Positions 10,585 to 23,000 of a stretch of DNA of 64,000 bases are shown here, one piece after another (positions within the stretch are counted from its first letter, which is position 1; the number at the start of each line of letters is the position of its first letter). The stretch is taken from positions 1,392,800-1,456,799 of the forward strand of contig NZ_CP061703.1 in the NCBI RefSeq assembly GCF_014764305.1, in the 5' to 3' direction. Under the pieces are notes generated by a model, which worked only from the letters and a program-made list of their open reading frames with translations, was not told the DNA's origin and did no database searches. Position numbers and translations under genes: made by a program. The stretch is from Mesoflavibacter profundi. GTDB taxonomy: Bacteria > Bacteroidota > Bacteroidia > Flavobacteriales > Flavobacteriaceae.

Positions 10585-11928
10585 ATGAAACAAAAAATAG
10601 AAGCATTTTTAGATCAAGTAAAAGCAAAAAATGGTCACGAACCAGAATTTTTACAAGCAGTACACGAAGTTGCAGAGACTGTAATTCCGTTTATTGAAGC
10701 TAATCCAAAGTACCAAGATAAATTATTATTAGAACGAATGGTAGAGCCAGAACGCACAATAATATTTAGAGTTCCTTGGATTGACGATAATGGAAAACCT
10801 CAAGTTAACAGAGGTTATCGAGTAGAATTTAACTCGGCAATTGGTCCTTACAAAGGTGGATTACGTTTTCATCCATCTGTAAACTTAAGTATCTTAAAGT
10901 TTTTAGGATTTGAGCAAGTATTTAAAAACTCTTTAACCACTTTACCAATGGGCGGAGGAAAAGGAGGAAGTGATTTTGATCCAAAAGGAAAAAGTGATAA
11001 CGAAGTAATGCGTTTTTGCCAATCTTTTATGTCAGAATTATACAGACATATTGGTGCAAATACAGATGTTCCTGCAGGAGATATTGGTGTAGGAGGAAGA
11101 GAAATAGGTTACATGTTTGGTCAATACAAGAGATTAAAAAACGAATTTACAGGCGTTTTAACAGGTAAGGGATTATCTTACGGTGGATCTTTAATAAGAC
11201 CAGAAGCAACAGGATATGGTTGTGTATATTTTGCTAAAAATATGTTAGCAACTAAAAACGATTCTTTTGAAGGAAAAACGGTTGTCATCTCTGGATCTGG
11301 TAACGTAGCACAATATGCTTGCGAAAAAGCAACACAATTAGGAGGAAAAGTAGTAACAATGTCTGATTCTTCAGGATATATTCATGATAAAGATGGTATA
11401 GATGAAGAAAAATTAGCATTTATTATGGAGCTTAAAAATGTAAAAAGAGGACGAATCCACGAGTATACAGAAAAGTATCCATCAGCTACCTTCCATGAAG
11501 GCGAAAGACCTTGGTCTGTAAATTGTGATGTAGCAATGCCATGTGCAACACAAAATGAATTAAATAAAGAAGAAGCTGAAGCTTTAGTAAACAATAAAGT
11601 AATAGCAGTTGCAGAAGGTGCTAATATGCCAACTACACCAGAAGCTATTGAAGTGTTACAAATAGCAAAAGTATTATTCTCTCCAGGAAAAGCATCTAAC
11701 GCTGGTGGAGTAGCAACTTCTGGTTTAGAAATGAGTCAAAACTCTTTACGTTATAATTGGACTAGAGAAGAAGTAGACGCTAAATTAAATCAAATCATGG
11801 ACGATATTCATGCTTCATGTGTAGAATATGGTAAGAATGAAGATGGTTCTATAGATTACGTAAAAGGCGCTAATGTTGCTGGTTTTGTTAAAGTAGCAGA
11901 CGCTATGTTAGCACAAGGATTAGTATAA
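10585..11928 (+). CDS. gdhA: NADP-specific glutamate dehydrogenase
   Basis: The classic GGGKGG active-site glycine-rich motif, the [14 protein letters not shown](P)-binding motif and a length of 447 aa. Confidence 0.9.
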   Translation: MKQKIEAFLDQVKAKNGHEPEFLQAVHEVAETVIPFIEANPKYQDKLLLERMVEPERTIIFRVPWIDDNGKPQVNRGYRVEFNSAIGPYKGGLRFHPSVNLSILKFLGFEQVFKNSLTTLPMGGGKGGSDFDPKGKSDNEVMRFCQSFMSELYRHIGANTDVPAGDIGVGGREIGYMFGQYKRLKNEFTGVLTGKGLSYGGSLIRPEATGYGCVYFAKNMLATKNDSFEGKTVVISGSGNVAQYACEKATQLGGKVVTMSDSSGYIHDKDGIDEEKLAFIMELKNVKRGRIHEYTEKYPSATFHEGERPWSVNCDVAMPCATQNELNKEEAEALVNNKVIAVAEGANMPTTPEAIEVLQIAKVLFSPGKASNAGGVATSGLEMSQNSLRYNWTREEVDAKLNQIMDDIHASCVEYGKNEDGSIDYVKGANVAGFVKVADAMLAQGLV

Positions 11929-11950
11929 ATCTAATCTTATCAAATATTTA

Positions 11951-11980
11951 AAAAACCGCTTATTTAAGCGGTTTTTTTAT
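11951..11980. terminator. Rho-independent terminator
   Basis: Hairpin aaaaaccgcttatttaagcggttttttt. Confidence 0.55.
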
Positions 11981-13044
11981 TTTAAAGTAGCTCTACTTAA
12001 ATAATCTAAGTTTCTCTCAGCGATTTCAAGAATTACGATATCAGGATTATGTTTGTTAATATGTGATTTTGCCACATTAAAATCTCTGATTAAAATAACA
12101 TTATTAAATGTTTGGTTTAAAAAAGGTGTTAATGCATTTGTAAAAGAATCTCTGTACATTAAAAGGTTTAATGTTTTAGAATTATTTTTAAAATGTAAGT
12201 AGTTTTGGTCGTCTAACACAACGTCTATTTTATTTGGTGATTTTGGTTCTAAATTCACGAAATTAACCTCATGTTTAAGGTTTGTCATCTTTGTATTATC
12301 TCCAATTGTTTTTAAGCTTGTTGTAATGTTAAAATCGTCTTTATTTAAAGATGTAATTGCAAAATCTTTTTCTAATTCCTGCATAAGTGTTTTGTAGCCA
12401 TAAAACGCACCTAAATTATCCCAGTGAGAATCGGTTTTATAATAAATTTGGTGTTGTTCTTTTTTATCTAATAAGCTTTTATGTAAATCAATAAATTTTA
12501 CATGACTAGAATTTAAGCTTGCATTTTGTTTTACAAGATTTAATAATGTAGTGCCTTGCGGTAAAGTGTAAGGTAGATATTCTTTATAAATTTGATGTTT
12601 ATCAGGAACTACAACCACATAAAATTTAATGTTTTGGTTGGATAAATATTGATTAACTGTATTTAAATAGCTTAATATTTTTGATGGTTTTTCAGACGGA
12701 ATAACTCCAAAAGTATTTTTAAACACATTATTATATTGGTTTCCTAGAAAATACCAATTGTCTTTACCTGTTACCATATAATTTGGTAAAGGATCTTCTT
12801 TTAGAATAGCTCTTTTAAAGTAAATGTATTGATTTACAGCTGTTTTTTTTAAGCCAAAATTACCAGTATAAAAACTGTTTATTGCAGATAGTGTTTTGGT
12901 AGGTTTATTAATTTCGATTTTAGGAAAAGTAGCATGTTTTAAATTTTCATTAGTTTCCAAGTTAGATTCTAAACCAAAAAGTAAAACTACGTTTGGAATT
13001 AGTAATAAAACTAAAAATACGGTTATAAACAATCTAGCTTTCAT
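11977..13044 (-). CDS. AlgX/AlgJ-like SGNH-type O-acetyltransferase partner; start probably at the ATG at 13044, not 13080
   Basis: N-terminal membrane anchor and a periplasmic domain. It sits immediately downstream of an MBOAT gene, with its start 1 bp after that gene's stop. Confidence 0.5.
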   Translation of the reverse strand: MKARLFITVFLVLLLIPNVVLLFGLESNLETNENLKHATFPKIEINKPTKTLSAINSFYTGNFGLKKTAVNQYIYFKRAILKEDPLPNYMVTGKDNWYFLGNQYNNVFKNTFGVIPSEKPSKILSYLNTVNQYLSNQNIKFYVVVVPDKHQIYKEYLPYTLPQGTTLLNLVKQNASLNSSHVKFIDLHKSLLDKKEQHQIYYKTDSHWDNLGAFYGYKTLMQELEKDFAITSLNKDDFNITTSLKTIGDNTKMTNLKHEVNFVNLEPKSPNKIDVVLDDQNYLHFKNNSKTLNLLMYRDSFTNALTPFLNQTFNNVILIRDFNVAKSHINKHNPDIVILEIAERNLDYLSRATLK

Positions 13045-13045
13045 C

Positions 13046-14458
13046 TTAAAATCTAAAATAAATAAATGGGTTATAAGCATCTGTAGCTATATAATAAAAG
13101 CAGAAAACAAATAATAGAATCAATCCAATATCATAAGAAAGTTTAGCGATTTTTATAGTTTTTATGTTGTTAGATTTAATAATAATCGTTTTTAAATTTT
13201 CGAGTAGTTTAGTTGAAAAGATTGCACCTAATATTAAAGCAATACAAACTTCAGTTGTCAAGTAAAATGCTAAAAATTCGTAATTTATTTTAGCCGAAAA
13301 ATTAAAAAGAGACTTAAAATAGTTGGCAGCATAATCAATATTTTCACTTCTAAATATTACAAACCCAAAAAGAATAACTAAAAGTGTATACAGATGTGAA
13401 AATATAACTTGTTTATTTAAAAATTTGCTTAATCCAAAGCGTTCCAAAACAATAAACAGTCCATGAAAGATTCCCCAAATAATAAAATTCCAACTTGCGC
13501 CATGCCATAAACCTGTTAGTAAAAAAACAATAAACAAGTTTAAATATGTACGTGAGTTGCTTAATCTATTTCCGCCTAAAGGAATGTATAAGTAATCTTT
13601 AAACCATTGGGATAAAGTCATGTGCCAACGTTGCCAATACTCTCTAATAGATTTTGATATGTAAGGAAAATTAAAGTTTTCTGGAAAATTAAAACCAAAC
13701 ATTTTACCTAATCCAATCGCCATATCCGAATAACCAGAAAAATCAAAATAAATCTGTAGTGTATAGGCAATAATCCCTATCCAACTTATTAATGCTGAAG
13801 ATTGTGAACCAGTAAGACTAAAGGCTGCATCTGCAAAAATTGCACAATTATTAGCAATAATCATTTTTTTTGCTAATCCAATTATAAAGCGTTGTATTCC
13901 TTGGTTAAAAGTGTTTAAAGAAATACTTCTTTGTTTTAATTCTGTTTCAATTTCTGAATATCTAACAATAGGTCCTGCAATTAATTGCGGAAATAACGTA
14001 ACGTAGGTTGCAAAATCTATAAAATTTCTATTCGCCTTAACATGACCTCTATACACGTCAATCGTGTAAGACATAGTTTGAAAGGTGTAAAAACTTATTC
14101 CAATAGGTAGTATTACAGATTTAAAGTAAAATACATTTAAATTAAAATACTCTAACACAGCATTAATATTGGTTAGAGCAAAATTGGCATATTTAAAATA
14201 GGCTAAAATCCCAAGATTAAAACATATAGAAAGATATAGTCCGGCTTTTTTTTTGCCTGAAGCAATAATTAATCCCGCAAAATAGTCTGTAAAAGCAGAT
14301 AAAATAATTAATACTACTAATTGTTTTTCTCCCCAAGTATAAAACCCTAAACTAAGAAGTAATAAAAGTAAATTTTTATACCGTTTAGGAGTAACATAAT
14401 ATACCAATAAAGAAAAAGGTAAAAATAAAAATAGAAAAACCGGGCTACTAAATAACAC
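13046..14458 (-). CDS. MBOAT family O-acyltransferase (AlgI/DltB-like)
   Basis: A multi-TM protein containing WHMTLSQWFKDYLYIPLGGNR, which includes the MBOAT catalytic His. Confidence 0.8.
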   Translation of the reverse strand: MLFSSPVFLFLFLPFSLLVYYVTPKRYKNLLLLLLSLGFYTWGEKQLVVLIILSAFTDYFAGLIIASGKKKAGLYLSICFNLGILAYFKYANFALTNINAVLEYFNLNVFYFKSVILPIGISFYTFQTMSYTIDVYRGHVKANRNFIDFATYVTLFPQLIAGPIVRYSEIETELKQRSISLNTFNQGIQRFIIGLAKKMIIANNCAIFADAAFSLTGSQSSALISWIGIIAYTLQIYFDFSGYSDMAIGLGKMFGFNFPENFNFPYISKSIREYWQRWHMTLSQWFKDYLYIPLGGNRLSNSRTYLNLFIVFLLTGLWHGASWNFIIWGIFHGLFIVLERFGLSKFLNKQVIFSHLYTLLVILFGFVIFRSENIDYAANYFKSLFNFSAKINYEFLAFYLTTEVCIALILGAIFSTKLLENLKTIIIKSNNIKTIKIAKLSYDIGLILLFVFCFYYIATDAYNPFIYFRF

Positions 14459-14537
14459 AAGCTATAAATTATTGAGGCCTAAAATACAATAAAATATAGT
14501 ATTTTTGGGTTTTATTATAGCAACAAAACACATGTAA

Positions 14538-16895
14538 ATGACTTGTTTAAAGACAAACTTTATTTTTTTCTTTTTAATTGTAGTTAGTCAAGCTTTTGGG
14601 CAAGAATTTTCTGATGCTTGGAAAGGTCATTATTCTTATTTGGAAATAAAAGACATTACAAATGGGACAGATAAATTTTATGCAGCAGCAGAAAATGCAT
14701 TATTTACTTACGATGTAAATACTAATGTGATGGAAACTATATCTACTATAGAAGGTATTTCTGGAGAAGTAATTAGTAGTATTTTATATATAGAAGATGA
14801 AAGTTTAGTATTAATAGGTTTTGAAAACGGATTAATGCAAGTCTATGACGAAGCTAATAGAAGCTTTTTAACTGTTGTAGACATAATAGAAAAACCAACA
14901 ATACCACCAAATGATAAAAAAATAAATCATTTTACAAGAGATGGAGATTTGGTTTATATTGCTACAGATTATGGCATTTCGGTATATAATATAAATTCTT
15001 TAGAATTTGGAGACACATATTATATTGGACCAAACGGATCTCAATTAAAAGTAACACAAACTACAATTTTTGAAGGTAATCTTTACGCCTCAACAGAGCA
15101 AAGTTTATATAGAGCAGATCTATTAAACCCTAATCTTATAGACTACAATCAATGGGAATCCTTTAGACCAGGAAATTGGGTTGGTATTCAAGCAGTTGCA
15201 GACAAAATTTATGTTGCTAGAAGTAATAGAAGGGTTTACGAGTTAAATAATATTGCTATATCTCAAGTTGCTGCATATACTAGAGACATAACTGGATTTA
15301 AAAATATAGAAGATAATTTAGTAGTTACTACACTTCTAGAGGCAAATGCATATACAAGTGATTTTATACCGATAATAAACGCCACTACAAATAGTGAATT
15401 TGATAGTAATTTTAGTAAAAGTATTTATTTAAATGACCATTTATATATTGGTACCAATCGTATAGAAAATACTGGTAAACCAGCTTATGGTGTTTTAAAA
15501 ACATCTTTAATTACACCCGAAGATTTTGAAGAAATTCATCCAGAAAGTCCATTAAGGAATCGTTTTTTTAAAATAAAATACCAAGAAGGACAAATTTGGG
15601 GAACACATGGTGGTTTTTCTGTAACCTATAATTTTAATGGAGGAAATAGAAGAACAGGTATTAGTCATTTTATTGAAGATGAATGGCGAAACATAGTTTA
15701 TGATACTTTAGAAGAAAACATATTTAGACCATGGTATTTATCAAACATTTCTATTAATCCATTTGATTCTGGAAATGTCTATATAGGTTCATATTATTCT
15801 GGATTAATTGAATTCCAAGATAACGAAATTTCAAATTTTTATAACCAAGACAATAGCACGATTTTTCCTTTTGCTGGTAATCTTCACCTATTATTAGCAT
15901 CAAATTTTGATAAAGATGGTAATCTATATGTACATAATGGAAGGATTGATGAAACTTTAAATAGAAAATCAGAATCTGGTCAATGGACATCATACAGTTA
16001 TCAATCCTTAATAGATCCAGCAACTAGTAATTTAGGATTTTCTTCTATAGTTTTTGACGATAATGGTACGATATTTTCTGGAAGTCATGGTTATGGATTA
16101 GTTGCTTATAAACCAAACGGAAGTAATCCAACTCTTGTAAATATAAGAGAAGAAGTACAAGGCATGCCATCACCTTCTGTAAAAACTATAGCTATAGATA
16201 GACAAGGACAATTATGGTTAGGTACAGATAAAGGTATACGTGTTGTTTATAATACTACGCAGTTTTTAACTAACCCAGAAGTAGATAACATTATTGTGTT
16301 AGATAACGGTGAAGCAAGTGAACTTTTATTTCAGCAGTATGTGACAGATATTGAAGTAGATGGATCTAATAACAAGTGGATTGCAACCTTAGATACTGGA
16401 TTGTATTATTTTTCTTCAGATGGTCAAGAAACTATTTTTCATTTTACTAAAGATAATTCTCCTTTACCAACCAATGGTGTTTTAGATGTTGCACTAGATG
16501 AAGTAAATGGAGTTGTTTATATTGCTACAGAAAAAGGCTTACTTTCATTCAAATCAGATGCTTCAAAACCAAAAACAACATTAGAAGATGCTTTTGTGTT
16601 TCCTAATCCAGTAAGACCTAATTACGATATTGCAACCAATAAAATTAAAATTAGAGATATCTCTGAAAACGTTAATATTAAAATTACCGACATAGAAGGT
16701 AATCTTGTTGCAGAAGCACAATCTAAAACTAATGCAAGATTTAAAGGTTATAACCTAGAAATTGATGGCGGAACAGCATTGTGGAATGGTAAAAACTTAG
16801 TTGGAGATACTGTAGCTTCAGGAGTTTACCTTGTTATGCTTAACGATTTAGATACTTTAGAAACTAAAGTTTTAAAACTAATGGTTATAAGGTAA
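14538..16895 (+). CDS. T9SS C-terminal-sorted beta-propeller protein (PorZ-like)
   Basis: Signal peptide, repeated propeller-like blades, and a C-terminal type-A T9SS sorting domain (FPNPV...GVYLVML...). Confidence 0.5.
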   Translation: MTCLKTNFIFFFLIVVSQAFGQEFSDAWKGHYSYLEIKDITNGTDKFYAAAENALFTYDVNTNVMETISTIEGISGEVISSILYIEDESLVLIGFENGLMQVYDEANRSFLTVVDIIEKPTIPPNDKKINHFTRDGDLVYIATDYGISVYNINSLEFGDTYYIGPNGSQLKVTQTTIFEGNLYASTEQSLYRADLLNPNLIDYNQWESFRPGNWVGIQAVADKIYVARSNRRVYELNNIAISQVAAYTRDITGFKNIEDNLVVTTLLEANAYTSDFIPIINATTNSEFDSNFSKSIYLNDHLYIGTNRIENTGKPAYGVLKTSLITPEDFEEIHPESPLRNRFFKIKYQEGQIWGTHGGFSVTYNFNGGNRRTGISHFIEDEWRNIVYDTLEENIFRPWYLSNISINPFDSGNVYIGSYYSGLIEFQDNEISNFYNQDNSTIFPFAGNLHLLLASNFDKDGNLYVHNGRIDETLNRKSESGQWTSYSYQSLIDPATSNLGFSSIVFDDNGTIFSGSHGYGLVAYKPNGSNPTLVNIREEVQGMPSPSVKTIAIDRQGQLWLGTDKGIRVVYNTTQFLTNPEVDNIIVLDNGEASELLFQQYVTDIEVDGSNNKWIATLDTGLYYFSSDGQETIFHFTKDNSPLPTNGVLDVALDEVNGVVYIATEKGLLSFKSDASKPKTTLEDAFVFPNPVRPNYDIATNKIKIRDISENVNIKITDIEGNLVAEAQSKTNARFKGYNLEIDGGTALWNGKNLVGDTVASGVYLVMLNDLDTLETKVLKLMVIR

Positions 16896-17614
16896 TGTTA
16901 ATTACTACTAATGCTATAGTTTTAACCAAAATTAGATTTAATGATAATGATCTAATTGTTAAATGTTATACCAACGATAAAGGGATAACTAGTTACATTT
17001 TAAAAGGAATTTTAAAATCTAAAAAGAATAATAAAAAGATTGCATATTTTCAACCATTGTCTCAACTTCAATTAGAGACAGATTATAAAGAGAATCGATC
17101 TTTACAATACATTAAAGATTTAAAATCTAATTTCTTATATACAAGTTTACACACTAATATTTTAAAAAGTGCTATAGCAATGTTTATTGCCGAAATTTTA
17201 GCACAAGCTTTAAAAGAAGAAGAACAAAACGTATCACTTTTTAATTATCTGCAAACATCTTTACAATGGTTAGATACGCATCATAATTTTGCTAACTTTC
17301 ATCTGTTGTTTTTATTAGAGCTTACAAAATATCTAGGATTTTATCCAGATACAAGTGATATAGATTGTGAATATTTTAATTTATATGAAGGTCAGTTTCA
17401 AGAAATTAATACGTCCAAATATTGTATAGGTGATCAAAATTTAACACTTTTAAAATCTTTATTAGGTATAAATTTTGATGCTTTAGATTCAATAAAAATT
17501 AATGCAAAACAAAGACAAGCATTTTTAACAATGTTATTGACGTATTTTGAGTTACATTTGGGCAATTTTAAATCTCCAAAATCACTGCAAATTTTAAATG
17601 AAGTATTCAGTTAA
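16895..17614 (+). CDS. recO: DNA repair protein RecO
   Basis: N-terminal OB-fold sequence (AIVLTKIRFNDNDLIV) and 239 aa. The start overlaps the upstream stop. Confidence 0.75.
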   Translation: MLITTNAIVLTKIRFNDNDLIVKCYTNDKGITSYILKGILKSKKNNKKIAYFQPLSQLQLETDYKENRSLQYIKDLKSNFLYTSLHTNILKSAIAMFIAEILAQALKEEEQNVSLFNYLQTSLQWLDTHHNFANFHLLFLLELTKYLGFYPDTSDIDCEYFNLYEGQFQEINTSKYCIGDQNLTLLKSLLGINFDALDSIKINAKQRQAFLTMLLTYFELHLGNFKSPKSLQILNEVFS

Positions 17615-20015
17615 ACATACCCTTTTAATATTATTACTACTTGTTTCTTCAGTTTTATCTGCTCAAAATATTAAGATTTTAGATACTAACACTAACTTAC
17701 CAATAGTTGGCGTTGCTTTATATAATAAAGCACAAACAAAAACAGCTATTTCAAATTTAGACGGAATAGTTAGTATAACTAATTTTAATGCTAAGGAGAC
17801 CATTTACTTTCAGCATATTGCTTATCAATTAAAAAGCTTAAAAAAAAATAGTATTAAAAATGAAATTGTCTATTTAATAGACAACCAATTAGGGTTAGAA
17901 GAAGTTGTGTTGTCGGCTTCAAATTTTAAACAAAATTTAAAAGATATACCCAAAAAAATATTAGCGGTAAGTCAAGACCAGATTACTATAAATAATCCTC
18001 AAACTAGTGCAGATTTATTAGAAAGTACAGGGCAGGTTTATGTGCAAAAAAGTCAATTAGGTGGCGGAAGTCCTATGATTAGAGGATTTTCTACTAATCG
18101 GTTATTAATTACAGTAGATGGTGTTAGAATGAATAATGCCATTTTTAGAGGCGGAAATTTACAAAACGTAATCTCTATAGATCCATTATCCATAGATAAA
18201 ACCGAAGTTTTGCTTGGAGCAGGATCTACAATTTATGGTAGCGATGCAATTGGTGGCGTAATGAGTTTTTACACTAAAAAACCAGAATTGTCTTATTCAG
18301 ATTCCTTACAAGTAACAGCAAATACATTAGTACGATATTCTACAGCAAATCAAGAAAAAACTGGCCATTTTGATCTTAATTTTGGTTTAAAAAAATGGGC
18401 GTTTTTAACCAATATAACGTATACAGATTTTGAAGATTTAAGAATGGGATCTAATGGTCCAAACGAGTATTTAAGACCAGAGTATATAATCACAAACAAT
18501 AATGAAGATTATATAATAAGCAATTACAATCCTAAAATACAAAAGTTTACAGGATACAATCAATTAAATTTAATGCAGAAAATTAAATTTATTCCTAAAG
18601 ATAATTTAGATTTTGATTTTGGACTTTTTTATACCACAACCTCTAATTATCCTAGATATGACAGATTGATAAGATATAGAGCTAATACACTTAGATCTGC
18701 AGTATGGGATTATGGACCGCAAAGATGGTTAATGTCTAATTTAAAAATTACCAAAAAAAATAGTAATTCTTCGTTATATGATAATGTAAAGACAACAGTA
18801 GCGTACCAATTTTTTGAAGAAAGTAGACTAGATAGAGATTACCAATCTATTTTTAAAAATGTTAGAGAAGAGCAAGTAAATGCAATCTCTTTTAACCTTG
18901 ATCTTGAAAAAGATTTAAGTGAAGCTTCCTATTTATTTTATGGATTAGAGTATATCTATAATAAAATTAATTCTAAAGGATTTACATTAAATATAGAAGA
19001 TAATTCCACAACCAATACTGTGTCAAGATATCCAGACGGAGCAACTTGGCAAAGTGCTGCTGCTTATGTGAATTATAAATATAAACCAACTAAAAAATTT
19101 GTTTTACAAACAGGTTTAAGATATAATCATATAGCTCAAAATTCAGATTTTACGTCTAATAATCAGTATTTAAACTTACCGTTTAACACAGCAAACATAG
19201 ATGCCGACGCATTAACAGCATCAGCAGGAATAACGTGGTTACCAAATCAAATATTAGAATGGAAATTTAATTTATCTACAGCATTTAGAGCGCCAAATAT
19301 AGATGATGTAGGAAAGGTTTTTGACTCAGAACCAGGATCTGTAGTTGTACCAAATAATAATTTAAAATCTGAGTATGCATATAACGGAGAATTAGGTTTA
19401 AAACTAAATTTTAATAAGACTTTTGTTTTAGATATGGCGACGTATTACACCTATTTAGATAATGCATTGGTTAGAAGAAATGGTGATTTAAACGGTGAAA
19501 CAGAAATTATATATGATGGCGAATTAAGTAATGTACAATCTATACAAAATGCCTCAAAATCTTGGATCTATGGATTTGAAATTGGAGCGTTATTAAAGCT
19601 TTCAAATTCGGTAAAATTAACGTCAAACTACAATTTTATTGGTGGTACAGAAACAACAGATGGTATAGAAGTGCCTGTTAGGCATGTTGCTCCAAGTTTT
19701 GGCAACACACATATTATTTTTTCAAAAGATAAAATAAAAATAGATGGATTTGTAAATTACAATAATGCATTGTCTTTTTCTCAATTGGCACCATCTGAAG
19801 CAAGTAAAGATTACATTTATGCTTTAGATGAAAACGGTAATCCTTACTCACCTTCTTGGTACACACTTAATTTAAGAACGCAATATAATTTAACGCCTAA
19901 AGCTTTACTTACTGCAGCTTTAGAAAATATAACAGATCAACGTTATAAAATGTATTCTTCAGGTATTGCAGCACCAGGAAGAAATCTAATAGTATCTTTA
20001 AAATATACACTATAA
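17598..20015 (+). CDS. TonB-dependent receptor with N-terminal carboxypeptidase-regulatory-like domain
   Basis: Signal peptide, plug region, 805 aa, and a C-terminal aromatic-ending barrel. Confidence 0.8.
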   Translation: MKYSVKHTLLILLLLVSSVLSAQNIKILDTNTNLPIVGVALYNKAQTKTAISNLDGIVSITNFNAKETIYFQHIAYQLKSLKKNSIKNEIVYLIDNQLGLEEVVLSASNFKQNLKDIPKKILAVSQDQITINNPQTSADLLESTGQVYVQKSQLGGGSPMIRGFSTNRLLITVDGVRMNNAIFRGGNLQNVISIDPLSIDKTEVLLGAGSTIYGSDAIGGVMSFYTKKPELSYSDSLQVTANTLVRYSTANQEKTGHFDLNFGLKKWAFLTNITYTDFEDLRMGSNGPNEYLRPEYIITNNNEDYIISNYNPKIQKFTGYNQLNLMQKIKFIPKDNLDFDFGLFYTTTSNYPRYDRLIRYRANTLRSAVWDYGPQRWLMSNLKITKKNSNSSLYDNVKTTVAYQFFEESRLDRDYQSIFKNVREEQVNAISFNLDLEKDLSEASYLFYGLEYIYNKINSKGFTLNIEDNSTTNTVSRYPDGATWQSAAAYVNYKYKPTKKFVLQTGLRYNHIAQNSDFTSNNQYLNLPFNTANIDADALTASAGITWLPNQILEWKFNLSTAFRAPNIDDVGKVFDSEPGSVVVPNNNLKSEYAYNGELGLKLNFNKTFVLDMATYYTYLDNALVRRNGDLNGETEIIYDGELSNVQSIQNASKSWIYGFEIGALLKLSNSVKLTSNYNFIGGTETTDGIEVPVRHVAPSFGNTHIIFSKDKIKIDGFVNYNNALSFSQLAPSEASKDYIYALDENGNPYSPSWYTLNLRTQYNLTPKALLTAALENITDQRYKMYSSGIAAPGRNLIVSLKYTL

Positions 20016-20024
20016 AAAAAGGGA

Positions 20025-20055
20025 ATCTTTTTAGATTCCCTTTTTTAAAGCGTTA
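20025..20055. terminator. Bidirectional rho-independent terminator
   Basis: Hairpin aaaaaagggaatctttttagattcccttttttaaa. Confidence 0.55.
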
Positions 20056-20064
20056 GTATTAAAA

Positions 20065-23000
20065 TTACTTTTTAATAAATTTCTTAGTTACAATTTGTTT
20101 GTTTGAAAGTTCAATCTCAGCTAAATAAACAGCTTGACTAATATTGTTTAATTGATATGTTTCGGTGTTTTCTTGACCTTTAAGTTTGATTATTTTGCGT
20201 CCTAAAGCATCGTAAATAGTAACATTTTTAATTTTTAAATGTTTTGGTGCTGTGACTTTAATTTCATCGTTAGGAAGTGATATAATAGATGTGTTTTCGT
20301 TGTTTAATGTAAATTCATCTATACTTAAAGCAGGATTTGTAAAAACAATCTCAAATCGGTTATTAAATTCTCCTTGATCTGAAGTAAACACATAATCAGA
20401 ATTAGTTAAGTTATGATGTGTGTTTAATAAATTATCCTTTAAATACGCTGTATTGTTTAATAAGAAATCACCTTGTAAATGATCTATAGAAATCGTGAAA
20501 ATAGAAGGAATTTCTATGTTATTTATAAAGCCTAAATAGATAACTTCAGATAGATTAATGTCTTGAGGTGATTTACCTTGTATTGCTAATTTTTTATCGT
20601 TATTTGGTATTAGCGAATATAAAGCAATATCCGAAAGAATAGCTCCAGATTTTTTTGCGTCATAAAATTCACCATCATTATCTGCAGTAGCACCATTAAC
20701 ATAAGCAACAGCAATTTGATTATGTACACCTAAATCTGAAGTTAGATTAACCCAAATTTTATTATCTATTCCATTTTGATTAGCTGTTCTAAAAAATTGA
20801 TCGTTATTAGAGTTAACACGCATTGCATTATTAAATCTAACGTTACCAGATGTAGAAGCTGGCGAATTAGAATAAGTAACAAAAAACCCTTGTCCTGAAG
20901 GGATAAATCTGTCAGGTGTTATTAAATCTCCTCCAGCAACTTCGGCAGCACCATTAATCACCGCATAATCGTTATTACTAAAATTTAAAACTTCATTTCC
21001 GTTAGTTGTTGCAGAAGGTGGCGTTGCTTGAGACCATAAATAAATAGCACCATCTAACTTACCATCTGTTGGATTTGTAGCAAAATTATTTTCGGTAAAA
21101 AATAGATCTGCATCTATTGCAGATGGATAAGGATTACCAATTAAATTCCAATTTGTATCTCCAAGTTCTGTGTCATTTCTTTCTACAGATACAACTATAG
21201 TTCCAGTATTTAAAGGTCCTCTAAATGAATAGTTGTAATTATTAGGTCCAGAAAATGCTGCGATTGAATGCGTAGCCGCATAACCAACACCAGGCGTTAA
21301 TACATCTGTGCCAGCCATTAATTGCCAATCATTTCCATCGTCATCAATATCGTCTATTCCTGCTCCAATAGTTGCAGTGTTGTCATTGTTAGTCTCGTAG
21401 GTAGAGTCTATAAAATTAGCAGCATTAAAACTAAATCTTCTAGATGGACTAGATTGGAAAAGTGCATTGCCAAAAGTTTCACCAGACACAGGACTACTCC
21501 AATAGGTATATTCATACCAAGCGTCAAGTGTTGAGGTTAATTTTTCTACTGTTGTAGGAGATCCTAATGCGCTACCAGAATCGTCATATATTCCTGCGTC
21601 ATCAATTTGTACTACAGAACCTTGATGCTGAACAATTAAACCACCATTGTTATAAATGCTATATTGAACTGTAGCATATGAGTTTGCAGATACAGTTAAT
21701 GTATTTCCAGTATTAATGTAAAGGTTACATGCTTCTATATTTCCGTTTGTTCCAGTATTATAAGTGTCATTAATTATTGCTACTGTAGTTAAATTAGGTA
21801 CGCCATTATCCCAAGTTCCTGCAGACCAAGTCGTAGTAACCATGCTAACTTGAGCTGCATTTGTTGCTTGTCCACAACTTCCATCTTCTGTAACTTCTGC
21901 GTAAAATTGATAGCCATCTAAATCAAACCCATTTATTGTTAATGTGTTTGTGTTTTCTCCAGTAACAGATCCTGGTAAAAAGCTTGTACTTGTTACGGTA
22001 GACCATGTTGGAGAAACGCCATCATTGTAATACCATGCATAAGTTAAAGTCCCAGAATTTCCAGCAGTTGCTGTAAAGTTAAAAGTAACACCAGTACAAC
22101 CAGAAACGTCGCTTATTGGAGACGCTGTAGGTAAGCTAGTAGGTAAAACAAATGCACCTAAATCTGCACAACTTTCAGTTAAATTTGTTGTCCAATCACC
22201 AGCTGTAAAAGTTGTTGATGGACCTGTTGCAACAGAGTTTCTTAAAATAGAATATCCAGTTTCATTAGGGCAATGTACCACATCATGTTGCAATCCATTT
22301 TTAGTTAATCTAATTTCATCATTAGCATTAATACCTGCATTTAATTCTGTAAAATCATAAGTGATAGTAGAACATGGATTAGGCGTAGCACTTCCTATTC
22401 TTAAAGTAAACACAGAATAGGCAGCAACTGTACCTGTTAAATCTATAGTTCTTGATGGTGCAGCATCGCCAATATCTGCATAGCGTTCAATTTCAAAATC
22501 TGTTCCTACAGCATCTAAGTCTATTGCTGTTGCAGTAGGATTATATAATTCCATGTACCAACCGTTTCCAGAATCAGAATCATATACTTCAGTAATTATT
22601 AAATCGGTAAAACTTGTTCCTCCAGAACAAGATCCAAAAGCATCTATAATTGTAAAGTTTGACGAAGAATTTACAGGACAACCACTTTCGGTTACAGTAA
22701 TAACACCAGTTGTAGCACCGCTTGGTACTTCTACAACTAATTCGGTAGCAGTTTGACTTAAGATTGTTGCGCTAGTACCATTAAAATCTACAGTTGAAGA
22801 TCCTGAAAAGCCAGTACCTGTTATTGTTACTATACTTTCTGTTGGTCCAGAAGTAGGTGTGAAGCTAACAATAGTTTGTGTAGGTATACAAGCATTAATC
22901 ACTTCTATGGTGTAATCTTCTGTAGAACCGTAAGTAAATGTGCCGCAAGGCGAAACAGTTCCAGTAGAACCGCCTTCTTCTTGTACAATACGCATTCTAT

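Noticed and set aside
14538-17614. Functional link between the PorZ-like T9SS protein and recO (1-bp overlap of stop and start)
   Set aside because: The overlap suggests co-transcription, but the functions are unrelated. It is likely an operon of convenience and not a novel system.
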